From positions 744,001 to 808,000 of the forward strand of contig NOWV01000015.1 of NCBI GenBank assembly GCA_003344405.1: 64,000 nucleotides of DNA, given 5' to 3'. The position numbers were made by a program, and so were the translations under genes. Each line of letters starts with the position of its first letter. Positions within the stretch are counted from its first letter, which is position 1. This DNA comes from Trichoplax sp. H2 (Eukaryota). The notes beneath the pieces were generated by a model. The model searched no databases. It was not told the DNA's origin and worked only from the letters and a program-made list of their open reading frames with translations. Below, in pieces: positions 1-17,295 of the stretch.

Positions 1-3000
1 CACTCGACAGAGCGTTTACTTCCTTTGTAAATAACTTTTTCGCGTCAGAACAGAACTTACAAAATTCTCAATAGCATAATAATAAAAATAGCATGATTTT
101 ATCGTCGCTTGAAGGTATATTCTGAATTATAAATATAATGGTGATGATGATTCAATTTAACAACCGTAAGAGTGTGACAATAATGAATACGGGAAAGGAA
201 ATTTTTAAAAGATACTCATGTAATGCGTTCCGATATCTGATAAAGAAGAATAGTCCATTTGAGCTGTTCAAGGATGAATTCACAATCATTTCTACTTCAC
301 TGTAATCTATTTTGTGGCGGCTATCTTTACAAATTAGCATTATTTGCTTTGAATTCATTTGTTGATTAGGGTAATTTTACCTTGGGCGGTTTATAAGTTG
401 AAGAATAAATTCCAACGCTTTACGATAGATCAACATAGAAAGATTGAATGCTATCCATTTCCTAGCTTTAGCTTGATTAATGATGAACACCTTGAACATT
501 AAAAGGTTTGTTTTGTAGTTGATTCGATCAAGGAATTTATTTAAAATAGCTTGAAAAAGATATTATATATGAGTATAACAGATCACTTTCAATTGATGAC
601 CGTTAAGTAAATAAATAACAGCCGTCTATTCTCATCATTCGGTATTTGTTATCTTGATCAATCAATTATACATGGAATTAATTATTAAGATTATCATTGA
701 TCACTATGAAGGCATTAAAACTGAATGATGATTCGCTTTGAAATTTACAATTTTATTATTCAAATTCAATTGATTTCATTTATTCCATTATATCTAAGTA
801 TACATTGGAAGGAAATTCTGCACTCCTTTTTATTATGTTATTTATTGTCGTCGTAACGGAGGTAAAATAATTTCATTGTGGATTTAAAATTTCTTTCCTT
901 ATTCATTTCAACGTATTGCTCTCAGATTGAATTCAGAAAATGTAATAAATAGATCAAGGTATACCAAAATGGGATAATAATTAATTCATTAGTTCAATGT
1001 CTATTCCAATATAAAATCGCTTTTATTAATAATGAAAGCAAGAGTATTCAATCATCACTGCAATTGTTGAATTAACTCTATCGACTAATTTCATACTTGA
1101 CGATATCTATAATAGCCATAGTTAATGATAAACAATTAAGATTTATGTACTACCAACCTGATTAACAGCGTTGCCAGCAAGTATAAAATGATTATTATCA
1201 GTAAATTGGAGATATAAAGGAAGTTGCCAACATCGTAGATACAACAAACCCATGGGTGTTATTTAATTAATAATATTGTAAAGGTAATATACGTACTTTG
1301 TTGATTTAACATCGATTAGCGGTATTCGTCAGATAGAAACAATTCAGATTTTTTTATTATCATATCGATTAAGGATGTTCATGAATAATATCATCAACGG
1401 ATTGGAGTCAAATAAATGCTTTTAATGTCTTAGAATAGAGCGAATCTACTGATACTATCCAACTAACAATGCAAAATTTCTCGATCTAAAATGTTATTCA
1501 ATTGCTCTTGTTCAATAAAAGTAATATCATCAAATTTCGACAGAATTTGTGTTAAGATTGAATTTTACGATGACAGTAATGACTGCAAGAAATTTCATCA
1601 CAGCATGATATTTAAATGTATTCAACTTCAATATAATAGCAAAACATTCTAACACGCTCTTTACATTATCTGAACTGATCATTATAGTTTTAACTCAGGA
1701 TATGCTTAGTAACAACGATGAATCATTAATAAATAAAATAGAGATAATCGCGGATGGATACATATAATTCCTATCTAAGCATATTCTCTTCAACGATGTG
1801 CTTACATAATCTTGGGCTATGGCAAATATTAATTTACAGTGGATTTTGATAAGAACTGCTCATTGTAGCAAACGTAGCGATTAAGTCGACTGAAGTTTGA
1901 GTTAGTATAAAATGAAAAGTTCTGCTCTACTGATGTTGATACTACTCGTTTGCTATCACCAGCTAAAACATTATATAAATGAACAAAAGTAGAAATTATC
2001 ACCAAAAAATCGTTACACGTTACAATACAATACAATCGAGATTGGAATCAAAAATATAGTAAGACATTATTTATAAGTATCTTTACGTCGTAGTTAATCA
2101 GTATATTGGCTAGCTCACGCAATTGAAGGCTGGTATATATAGAAATTAGCATAGTACAAGCATTAGGAGCTTTTGATAATAGGCAGAATGAAGAAGTCTG
2201 CTTCATTATAAAGTAGTACCCACCTCCTTGTGATTGTACTTACTTATATAGGTAATTACAAATAGGACTCAATACTTTCGCACCCTATTCCAACAATAAG
2301 CAGTTTATTCACAAGATTAATTTATCATCTACAGAACAAGCTAACGATAACCAAATAGATGGTGCAAAATGTTATATATAATATATTCTCATGTACATGC
2401 ATATATATGTATATATGTATGTTGAATCGAACATAAAGACAATACATAACATATAGCTGTAGCTATACGGGTATGAACTATATACTTATATACCACGTAC
2501 TTTTTCTAGTTAGAATAACAAATTATGCAAGATGTAATACTATAAAATACAATAAATCAGTATATGGCCACAGTACAGAAACAGAATCGCACTTCAAGCG
2601 TACTTTTCGCATACTAGATCCATAGAGGATATGATAGAGGACACATCAGAAATCACAACTGGTGACTTTTCATGTACTTTTAGGTATTACCAATAAAATT
2701 TTATAAGAGAACCTCAGTCGATTCAAGATAGAAAATCATCTTAAATTTAATTGATTATAACGAAAGGGAATTAATTAATTCATTTTCGATACGTGTCTAA
2801 AATCGTCGAAATCCGCCCTAAAGCAAAAACTTTAGTAATACAAATACTGTATGTCCCCATGATACCATGTACTTCACTACTTGTAATAGTGTGAATAAAG
2901 TCAAAATATTGGTTTCAGGTACAAGACTATTACTGCTGTGTGAAATATGTTATACAATAATGAGTTTCACATTACGGTTACAATACGTCTAAAGACGATT

Positions 3001-3223
3001 AAGTATATTTTGCATGAATGAAACTGCTCAAGTTTATCGATTACATATAACAAAGATCGTAAGTTATATAATGGACTACCCCAGTTAGTACGGAAGTAGT
3101 TGTAGTTGCAAGAACCGAGACGAACGCTAACGCCTACGATATAGCTGTAGTCATCCAGTAATAAATATTTCTTTTATTAGAGGACAGATGATACGCAAAG
3201 CTATCAGCATCACAAGATTATTC

Positions 3224-7594
<4,371 letters not shown>

Positions 7595-8779
7595 AATATT
7601 GACGTTATGTAGTTATCGCAACTTAACCCTCGAATCTTCCAGTACCTAAAAATATAAAAGAAATGATGCAGTTTAAAAAATTATTAATCTTATCGGTATA
7701 TAAGAATTTCCAGCGATAGCAACAGTTGATGACTGTGACAGTGCCAGTTACAATATCAAAGTTGATTTGTTGTTGTAATGTTTTCAGTAATTGCCACACG
7801 CTTATACTCATATCTACAAAAAATTTTTGACATTTTTGTACGTTGTTTCTACGAATAACAACAGTGGTTAGAAAATATAGTAAAGCTTTTAATTTAGAAT
7901 TACTGCATTCAACTAGACTACTTGTTACAGTTGGCGTAGTAAGTGGTCACTGAGCGATTTTGCAAGTATTTTGCAGTATATCGATGATATTAGAGAAAAA
8001 ATATTATTTTTTCCTGTTAAAGAATAAGAGCTAAAGCGCTGTATAGTAATTCACTGAAGCACATAGCAGCTAAATCTATATCTTATACGGGATAATCATA
8101 AATTAAGGAAATGTAATATTAAATTGATGTAATTTCTTTCGGGCTATTATACACCAAAATTTACCCTTATATTTATCCAATATATATTAGTAAATTTAAA
8201 AAAACCCAAAATTCAGAAGTTGCACGTCGTTTTCCTAATAATTGAAGATGGCTACTTGTGTGAAAGTTACGCTCAAAAGTAAGAACGGGAAAAGCTTTTA
8301 GGATAACAGGAGTAATAGAGCACTTGGCATTGACATAGCGAGATATTTCACAGTACATTACTGTATAACCGATCGAGCTTAAGGTAGCTCCGAAAATTAT
8401 TTCAGTAATCAATAGCATATATAGTAATAGTTGTAAATCATTCGTTAAATACTTTCTCTCGCAGCGATTTTTAAGCGTATTAATTAATACGTACACGTAG
8501 CACAATGTACTCAGCATACTATATTACTTTACTATATTACGAGTAAAAAAATTTGTTCCCTACAAACTTTGAAATCAAGTTACTACTGTAGACATGACCG
8601 AAACAGAATTATACAAATACCGTAGGTTAAGGATATTTTTCTTGGGCAAACTATAGCAAATCTGAAGCTTACGGATAACTACGCAACTTGCTTGCGTCGG
8701 TATTTCGCTTTTTAATTCATAGCGCGATACTGAACATTTAAGACCCTTAACGTCTGATACTGATACTTGTACAATAGCG

Positions 8780-8885
8780 TACGCGTATAATCACTGTACC
8801 GGAACTATTATACTGTACAGTACTATACTGTACAGTACACTAATATACTGTATATTATACTGTACAACACAGTACAGTACTATAA
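8780..8885. repeat. TACTGTAC/GTACAGTA-rich palindromic cluster upstream of NT5C2
   Basis: Repeated tactgtacagta units seen directly. Confidence 0.75.
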
Positions 8886-10729
8886 GTAAATAATGTCGTT
8901 AATTAATTAATCGAATAAATAAACAATTATAATGCAATTCGCAAAGCTAAACGATATTTGCAGTACTGTACTTGAAGAGAACAAAATAACAATCTGCAAT
9001 TTTAATTCTTAAAATAATTTAAAATTTTAAATTTGACCAAGGCGATGGCGTTAAGATAGAATATTATAAGTCACAAGAAATATTTTGCAAAGATACTGAG
9101 CCATCGTTACATTAGAAAGCGTTACCCTACCCTGTTCAATCTATTAAAGGATTTGGTAATGTTAACAAGTATTTTAGTTGAAATTTACCTGTTGTAATAC
9201 TGTATAAGCTAACTTACTATAATGAAAATTCAAGAAAAAACTAACTTATAGCTAGATTAGGTTGGGAGAAGTTAAAAATGGTTCGCCCATTACATAAATC
9301 AAAGATTTAAAAAGATTGACATCAACACGATTGCAGAACAATCCGTGTCAGTTCTACCATTAAGGGTATCAGAACCAAATTGTGCACATACGTACAGTTA
9401 TCATGGGTATTTTAGCAATTGATAATTTATTTGTTAAGGTACCGTAAATAGTTAACAACGTTCTCATCGTGGATATCCTCGAATACTTTTTACTTTTTAA
9501 AGTGGGTAATTATAGGTACATATCGATTAATTAGTATACCGTAATTTTTATACGAGTGGGCCCTGCGGTAAAATAGAAAATGCAATTCTTTCTGATAATG
9601 TATGAAATTATTTTTAGTGATAGCGAATAAAAAAAAGTTCGACGTTGGCAGATGTAGGGTATATGCGTAATCTTAGAGGTCACTTTTTAATTAAATATTT
9701 TAGAGGATTGAGTACTTACTCGTATACGAGTAAAATTGTTTTTGCACTAGATTAGTGAAGAAAAAACTTGCGAAAGTGCGCATGATGGTATAGATAGTAA
9801 AGACTAAAGAGTTGTCATTGTCGGTTATTCGAACTTCTTTGAATTAGTAGCTGTAATGGTAAACAGAGTAGACAGTACTTTCACACCTGTAAGCGACAAA
9901 GTGTGTACGATGATCGCGGATTTAACTCGAAGAAAGTGTTTGAGCGGATCAGTCCATCAGATTCAAAGTAAACGTACTCACCGCTGTACTGTACGTAGAT
10001 CTTTTGCAGTGCAGAACTATACTGTAGATAGATAAAGCTTTATGGCTTTTTTTAAGCTGGGAGAATAAGTGAGATGATTATATATTTATTATAATCATCC
10101 ATTCCTTTTGTGGTAGAGTTCTACCGCATAAGGTCTATGTTGAGAAATTGCAGTTATTATTAATTACTCCAATTTGACTATAATTTTGTTAGGAAAGAAG
10201 GGGTCTACTACTGTATCACTAGATAAATTTGAGTATGAATTTAATTTGACTGTTGAGTACTAAATCGGTCATTCTTCTTCGTTTATACTGTAAATTATCG
10301 TTGTCGACGATGACTCGAAGGTGTACGTTGTTTACGCACCATCCAGCAGTAATTCGTTCACTATATTTATCAGTATAAGTTTTTCATGCTACAGTATCTA
10401 CGTACTTGTTATTACACCGTATGACCGTCAATGCAGTAGTTGAAGTCTAGTCTGGCCTTGCAATCGTATTCAAGAAAAGCAGACACATCACAAGCAAAAT
10501 ATAAAAGGAAAGGCTATACGCGTATGCCCTAAACCTTTACTGTATGATATAGTAATACCAATACAATTGGAATCGTTCTTAGTAATAATCTTTGCTACTT
10601 GTATTTAAGTTCTTGACAGTAATTTTACGTCAACAACTACGTCTATAATAATTCATTATTATTATTCTCCACAGTATACCATCCAGTAGTCCATGGGTAG
10701 TCAATGTCTTATGATAGATAATCTGTAAT

Positions 10730-11750
10730 CTCTATTCGATGGGTTTGACTTCAGCACACGTCGAAGAAAAGAAAAGTTAGTGGAAGATAGAATATCCATT
10801 ATTCAAAGGCATATTTTGGCCAATATTGCTTTAGTGTTTATTAGCCTAAGTATTCCTTCCTCAATACAACACCCTTGTCGCGAAAGGAGCACTTTCCAGC
10901 GCACGGTCTTTCAAAACTGACTTTAATAATAATTAGTATGAGCTGCTCAACGAGTCAAAAAAGCACCACAACATTCAACAGTGGAATGACTTGCCTAGAG
11001 TGACTGAATATAGTGATGATTTATGAGTTTAGCTACCAAGACATTTCAAATCGCCTACTAGCGCAAGCTCTATTTGTAAGACAATATTGGTTTATCGATA
11101 GAATAATTTCTGAGATGACGAAGCTTAAACTTTCAAATTTTGAATAGCAATTTCTCCATAGACACTTGAACAGTCACTGCATCATTCGAACAACATCATG
11201 CCAATGGTGCCATACAGTATTGTACGCGCACGTTGAAAATGCTTCACTTCTGTAACATGACAGAATGCTTGATTACTAATGCATGGAATGGATTTACAAT
11301 GATTGTAGTCACCGTAGTTGATAAGCTTTAAAGTCAATCCCCCAAAAGGAAAACTTCCAAAAAGGAAAATCTCAACTGTACATCGTATAAAAAATGAAGA
11401 GAGTAATGCCAATTCATGTCAACAACTTAAGGAAAAAGACTTTCAAAGACGGGCGAGCATCCATCTAGCAAGCGATAGTCTTTCCATTTTCACTGATGAC
11501 ACAAGCGCATCACTGGGAAGAAAATACACAGTAAAATACAGTAGATCAATACATACCACAATTCAGTGAAAAAATTCCAAGCAATGACCAAAATAGCCTT
11601 AATTAGGATAGTGATGATAAATTAATGAGGAACTAGCTTCTTGCCAATGGATAATATACTGTCGATTTGAAGAAGTAGACTGCACTCTTGCTAACAGTGA
11701 CCACTCAAAGGCAGTGAAAAATCGAATTCACAACGGAGCAATTTAAGTTT
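10730..11750 (+). pseudogene. Possible decayed coding sequence of unknown family
   Basis: Less AT-rich stretch with several open segments broken by stops/frameshifts (e.g. ORF 11318-11569). No recognised domain. Confidence 0.2.
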
Positions 11751-12710
11751 CATACTGTACAGTACAGTATATACGCGTACACTTTACAGTACTGTACACT
11801 GTGTACGGTACTGTACTGAAGTGTATCATTTTTCCGCTTGATTGGAGACAATCGTACCGCACCCTACTGTACAGTACGTCCTGTACAGTACATTGCACTG
11901 TATGTACAGTATATCAGCTGACCCTATGGGCTATGGTCCCACCTTTGAAGTCAGTGTTGCGTCAAGTTGCATCAGAAAAGCAAGAGTACTTTCGGCTATT
12001 ACCATACTGTTCGGTACAGTACTGAAACTATTATACTGTAAAGTCAGCGGTTCATGTACGTACTTTGACAGTAGTGTACAGCATGGACATTTAAACTGCA
12101 AATTCAACATTTTCGTTTATCACTTACGCTATATTTACTCGTTTTAAACTGTACCACGGGACAATGGCGTTACAGACTGTTGCATTATAATTCATTATTA
12201 GTAGGGTTCTCCCTAGGGGAGCATGAATGACAATGAACCTAGCTAGCAGTCTGTGGCCTGGCTCGGCCACCAGCTGGGCACATTGACGGTTACTGTACTG
12301 TCTGTACATCGTGTACAGTACTGTACTGTATTTCTATACTTTCAGTGGAACATTTTAGTTTTGTCCATAGTACGTCCGTCAGTACACCGTCATCAGTGTT
12401 AGGCGTGGACCTGAGAAAGGTTCGGTCCGGCTCAAACCGTGATGATCTACAGTATACAGTATAACTTAGGCGTATAGAACATAAAGGTATTGAACGGAAC
12501 CGAACCTTTCTCAGGTCTATTGAGCAGTGTAGCCACCCAACGTTCTTGGTGGCTAGTAACAATAGTTGTACTGTACTGTACTGTACTGCACTGCACACTG
12601 TACACTGTACACTGTACAGTACAGTACACTACTGTACAGTACAGTACTTTATCTTTTGGAGCGTGCTTGTAAACGGTACAATGTACTGTTGTACACTGTA
12701 CAGTAGTTCA
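11750..12710. repeat. Large GTACTGTAC-rich cluster flanking and interrupting GC-rich hairpins
   Basis: Dense ACTGT/ACAGT pentamer and heptamer repeats at ~11750-11910, ~12290-12330 and ~12568-12705. Confidence 0.85.
11915..12555 (+). ncRNA. Candidate structured RNA of unknown class
   Basis: Helices 12169-12182/12244-12257 (14 bp, 4 G-U), a perfect 19-bp stem 12408-12426/12499-12517, and a hairpin 12530-12555. Wobbles mostly favour the + strand. Confidence 0.45.
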
Positions 12711-13289
12711 AATGACTAGTAAAAATGTCGACGTAACATTTTTTCGATCAAAAGTCATTTCCTGTCTCCTCCCTCTTTTATTCAGTAGTCCCTGGTAAGA
12801 TACCGATGATTTCGTATTATAAAATACGGCATGCTGCACTGTATACTGTATACTGCAGAGTATGGCATGTCGAAATTTTGTATTTTAATGATATTCGGAC
12901 ATCATTTTCGCCAGCGTCTTTGCAGTACTCTATTAATAATAATAATAATAATAATAACGATCAATCGGGCATAGAGGTGCGCGAACTCTCTTTGATGCTA
13001 TACTGTCTAGAAGCGATATTTGTTCTTGATTGAGACACTACAGTATACAGTGGACACTATGCAAAACAATGCAGAAATCGGTAATTAGGTAAAAGGGTGG
13101 GGTGGTCGAACCAGCGACTGAAAAAAAGAAAGAAACGGGACTACCAACGATTGTCGACTAGCTACACCAATAATTGGGAAATTGATTAACGATTTCACTC
13201 ATCATTTCAAAATTATCATATTCCTGTGACGGCATACTATACTGTCCGCGATTGAAATTCAAATACTAGCTTATGATTAATAGTCTTGG

Positions 13290-13430
13290 CAGGCTGATTA
13301 TTATACGTACAGACTACGGTACAGTACTGGTCATTTCTACTATATCGTGTATTTCTGCAACGGCACACAGTACTGTACTACAGTACTGGCGACTGACATC
13401 TACAGTACAGTGTACGGTAGTACTGTAGAA
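13290..13430. repeat. GTACTGTAC-rich cluster
   Basis: Repeated cagtactgtac / tacagtacagt units. Confidence 0.7.
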
Positions 13431-13944
13431 TGACCGGAAAAATGACAAGCCTCAAAATAAATATTAATATTATATTAGAGATTATTATAATAATTAATTA
13501 TTATTATTTTCTAAAACTGATGGCCGTTAGCTTTCCGATTTCTTCCTTCTTTTTTTTAGTAATTCCTGATCGAATTATCTGCATATGCATGGACAAATTA
13601 CAGATTGTAGTGTTCTGTTAGTACAGGCAGAAACTTCTATGAGGAAAACGGGGAATTGATAAAGTCATGGACTACTAAATAGATCAATATTGACTTAATA
13701 GCCCATGATACAGTAGTAAGCGAGTCAGTAGCATAGCGGTTCGCGCTGTGTACGCTCTTACCATAGTGCAGCTGAGCAGGTATCATATCATGTACTAGTG
13801 AGTAAATCCGAGTTGACAAGATCAATAAGATGGCTAAAAAATTACCTTATGACGTCAAGGAGTAATCCAAAAGGATGAAGGACATCCCGCATTTTTCTAG
13901 TAGTCCCTGGTTAAACACTTCTCTCTGCTTTACAACCTTTAGAA

Positions 13945-14024
13945 TTCACTTCCATCCTAACATGATGTCAATATCTTCAATTTCCACATCCATAGCGACT
14001 TGTGAATACGAAGGTGGTGCTATG
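13945..14024 (-). CDS. Possible terminal exon encoding a PPxY-motif peptide (IAPPSYSQVAMDVEIEDIDIMLGWK*)
   Basis: Short frame after a CAG acceptor with a PPSY motif and acidic tail. Upstream exons not established; coordinates approximate. Confidence 0.25.
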
Positions 14025-16269
14025 GCTGGACCAATTTAGTCATTTTTGGGGGAACAATATATGACATATACTCTTATAATCAATAAATAATAATAATTAT
14101 AGTAATCAACGGTCATACAGTAATAGTTACCCACTACAGTACTACCTAATAAGTTGAACTCTTGAAACACTAGCAATGAATCGTACCCTTCATCAAGATT
14201 AGATGCTCATTTACAACACCCCTAATCATCAAATATTCTTAAATGTTGAACCATGATAAAGTTCAGTAATCCTCCATTCTACTTATTACAATTATAAAAT
14301 GAAGTTGAAGATTAATTTTAAACAAGTATTCCCGCTTTAGAGTACAAGCATCGATTGTTTAGCAGATATGAAAAGATTTTCCAATTTAAAATTCACACAT
14401 ACGCGATGTTACTTCACGTCACCAGTTTCAACAACAGTGTTCTGAAGGAAAGTAAAGGGACAACAGATCAAGATTATGATTGATAAATAAAAATAATAAC
14501 ATAAGAAATCATTACTTTGACACTCTGAATGTGCCCCAGTTAAAAGAAATCGATGCTATCGATATAACTTTAGAGTATCGCTTACTTTCGACGAAAACGA
14601 TACGCTGTAGGGTAGAATTGCGTTTCCCTAGTAATTACAATCCTTATTAGCTGCTACACTAACTCCAATAAAGTCTGCGATTAATCCGTTAGTAATAAGC
14701 TAAAACACTATAAAATTTCCAATATCTTCTTGAGATCATTTGAAATTTGGCAACATCAAAAAAATCTGAAAGAACGTTCCTGTATATGAATAATTAAACT
14801 TTGGCAATTATGCAAATTCCCTTCCCCTTCTTTAATGCACATAGGTTAGTTTTAAGATCCCGGATTGATCACATATCCTTCGTATTTAGCTCATAATTAT
14901 GATCGACGGTATCTACTCATTTAAAATAGATTGTACTCTCTCTTAACATCTGCTGCTAGCTTACTTGATGCGTTCCTTAAATAAAATGGGATTGTTGTAC
15001 AGTGGATAGATAGTATCGTCCAGTCTCTATCATCCCGTTGATTATAAATGCAATGAAAATATAGAATTATAGTTAATTCTTAACTATTCAGGATTACGAT
15101 GAAATTTCAGACACCATATTCCATACTTTACATTTAAAACGTATTCATCATTTCATTTTCAGTTAAATACTCGTACTATCAACTAATTAACTTTAAATAA
15201 CCTCCCTCAAAGAAAATATTCATTTCCTTTATATCCTCGTACAACACATTGGTATCATTATGCTCATTATTCGGGCATTAAGGATATTCATATTTAAATT
15301 ATATTAATTAGAGAGGAATAATATCTAAAGTAGCAAAACGATAATGCACTTTGTATGATAATTATTACGTGCATTGTCTGAGTAAATGATTTCATTTCTA
15401 AAAGTTTAAAACGTTTAAATATACTTAAATGGTCATATTACAATTTCATTATCGTTGTGATAAGCCATAAATTGCCTCCATTCTTTTCCATGCTTCAGTA
15501 GTAAAAAACATGGCATATTCTATTTATCAATTTAATGCTTTTTTAACACTAAAAACAACATATTTACGATTACCTGTGGATACATATAAGAAAAACTTTT
15601 ATATCATTGCTTGGCAATACGTTAAATAGAGAACAGTCTGCATATAATGTTTCCTATTCATAACAATTCATTACCATATTACTTATTTGGAAAAAAGTAA
15701 TTATATAATTATTTAAGGGCGTGTTATAACTATTGACTTGGATATATGCTTTTTTCATTATTTGTACACTGACCACTGACCAGTAAAGAAAGCTATATTA
15801 AACAGTTGGAACAATAAAATAGTAATATATTCGCATAGAAAAAAACGAAGTTGATTAATGCTACTGAATAATTAAGGCACTACCAAGAAGATATCAAAGA
15901 GGTTTCTGTAGTAAAAGGATTACTTAAGGGCAGTCTAATATAACCTAAGCTTGATTCGTACATCTTCCATTATAGTATATTGAAGCTGTTAATTGGCTGT
16001 TTCTTGAAGGTTTAATCAACGCTAGCTTGTGAATTGTCTACAGTCAATCCAGAACAAAAAAATCAATTGGAATTATTGTCGTTAGACAATTTCTTTCTTC
16101 AACCAACTACTGCACTCCTTAGTTCACAACACCAAGTAAATTAAGTTAAAAAAAAGCAAACTTAGAAGGATATCCAACATTGATATAACAATTCGATAAC
16201 GTCCGTCGTAATTTACTAAGATTCAAATCCGCCATTGGCTATCATGGTAACGTTAATATAGTAGCAGCA

Positions 16270-17295
16270 ATGACTGTATCCATCCGATATATTATTTCAT
16301 CGTCTTTAACACTTCTAACCAACATTTGGCTACTCCAATTAATCATTCGATGCCCCAAGCTGAGGAACTTTCGCAACGTAATATTATGTAGCGCTTTAAT
16401 TACCGATATTATTTTCGTTTGTGGCTATATCATTCCACGTTTTGTTCCCTTTAATGAATATCCTTTCGATGTTCGATGTGGCCTTTTTAGTCGTCTAGGC
16501 CAATGCCTTTTCCTATCCCTTAATATTCATGTCTTTCTACTTATCGCTGAAATCTATGTAGCTATTAGCCGTCCATTCGCTTTATTGGGTTTAACATTTA
16601 AAAAAGTGGTGCTAGCTTCTGTTATGATAACATGGACCATCACACTTGGTATACCAGTAACATTTCAAATATATATCGAAATCGCCAACGTGACATCTGC
16701 AGCTAATAATATTTGTTTTGAAACAGTTTATATATTATATCAAGTCTTTACAATATTGGTTACAAGTATATCAGTCATAGTCTTGCTCATACTCTTATTT
16801 TCATATTGTAAAATATATTCGGTAGTGCGAAAATTGAGTCATAATATGCGACGATTAAGTGGATTAGCTAACGATGATTTTATGGTGACTAGTGATAGCT
16901 CTAGTAATACACGAAAAGTATTACAACAAATTGTCTTCGTTTTTGGATTTTACTTGCTATTCTTAGGGCCATTTTTCGTTATTTGTATTATGAATATCTT
17001 TGGCTTAGCTAGTGTTGTTACTCTTCGTATTGCAACCCAAATCGTCCAGTACATTTCCTTCATGTTCCCAGTCTTTCAGCCTATTATCCTGACTATACAA
17101 AGATCCGATGTTCGTGAAGAAGCAGTCCGCCAACTCAAGTATTTATTTTGTTGCATTAAATCAGCTCATAGAAACGCTTACAATAAGAGCTTTTCATCAT
17201 CGACCAGAAGAGTTACACAAGAATTTCGACACGATCTAACAACATTAATCACCTATTACTCACAGGGTTACACGATCAGAGAATCCAATGTTTAA
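16270..17295 (+). CDS. Intronless rhodopsin-like (class A) GPCR with divergent motifs
   Basis: 341-aa ORF with seven hydrophobic segments, LRNFRN ICL1, TM3 Cys, EIYVAISRPF (DRY position), YCKIY after TM5, LGPFF in TM6 and QPII in TM7. Confidence 0.88.
   Translation: MTVSIRYIISSSLTLLTNIWLLQLIIRCPKLRNFRNVILCSALITDIIFVCGYIIPRFVPFNEYPFDVRCGLFSRLGQCLFLSLNIHVFLLIAEIYVAISRPFALLGLTFKKVVLASVMITWTITLGIPVTFQIYIEIANVTSAANNICFETVYILYQVFTILVTSISVIVLLILLFSYCKIYSVVRKLSHNMRRLSGLANDDFMVTSDSSSNTRKVLQQIVFVFGFYLLFLGPFFVICIMNIFGLASVVTLRIATQIVQYISFMFPVFQPIILTIQRSDVREEAVRQLKYLFCCIKSAHRNAYNKSFSSSTRRVTQEFRHDLTTLITYYSQGYTIRESNV

Noticed and set aside
152-358. 68-aa minus-strand ORF at the window start
   Set aside because: No recognisable similarity; may be UTR or intergenic.
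9040-9520. Possible plus-strand exons downstream of the 8.8-kb GTAC cluster
   Set aside because: No consistent spliced frame or recognisable protein could be built.
12335-12356. CTATACTTTCAGTGGAACATTT resembles the U3 snoRNA 5' end
   Set aside because: No convincing box C'/B/C/D arrangement downstream.
11801-12672. Several overlapping 60-100 aa ORFs rich in Y/C/T/V/Q/S
   Set aside because: Translations of the ACTGT/ACAGT repeats; the same applies to ORFs at 39578-39814 and 61693-62063.
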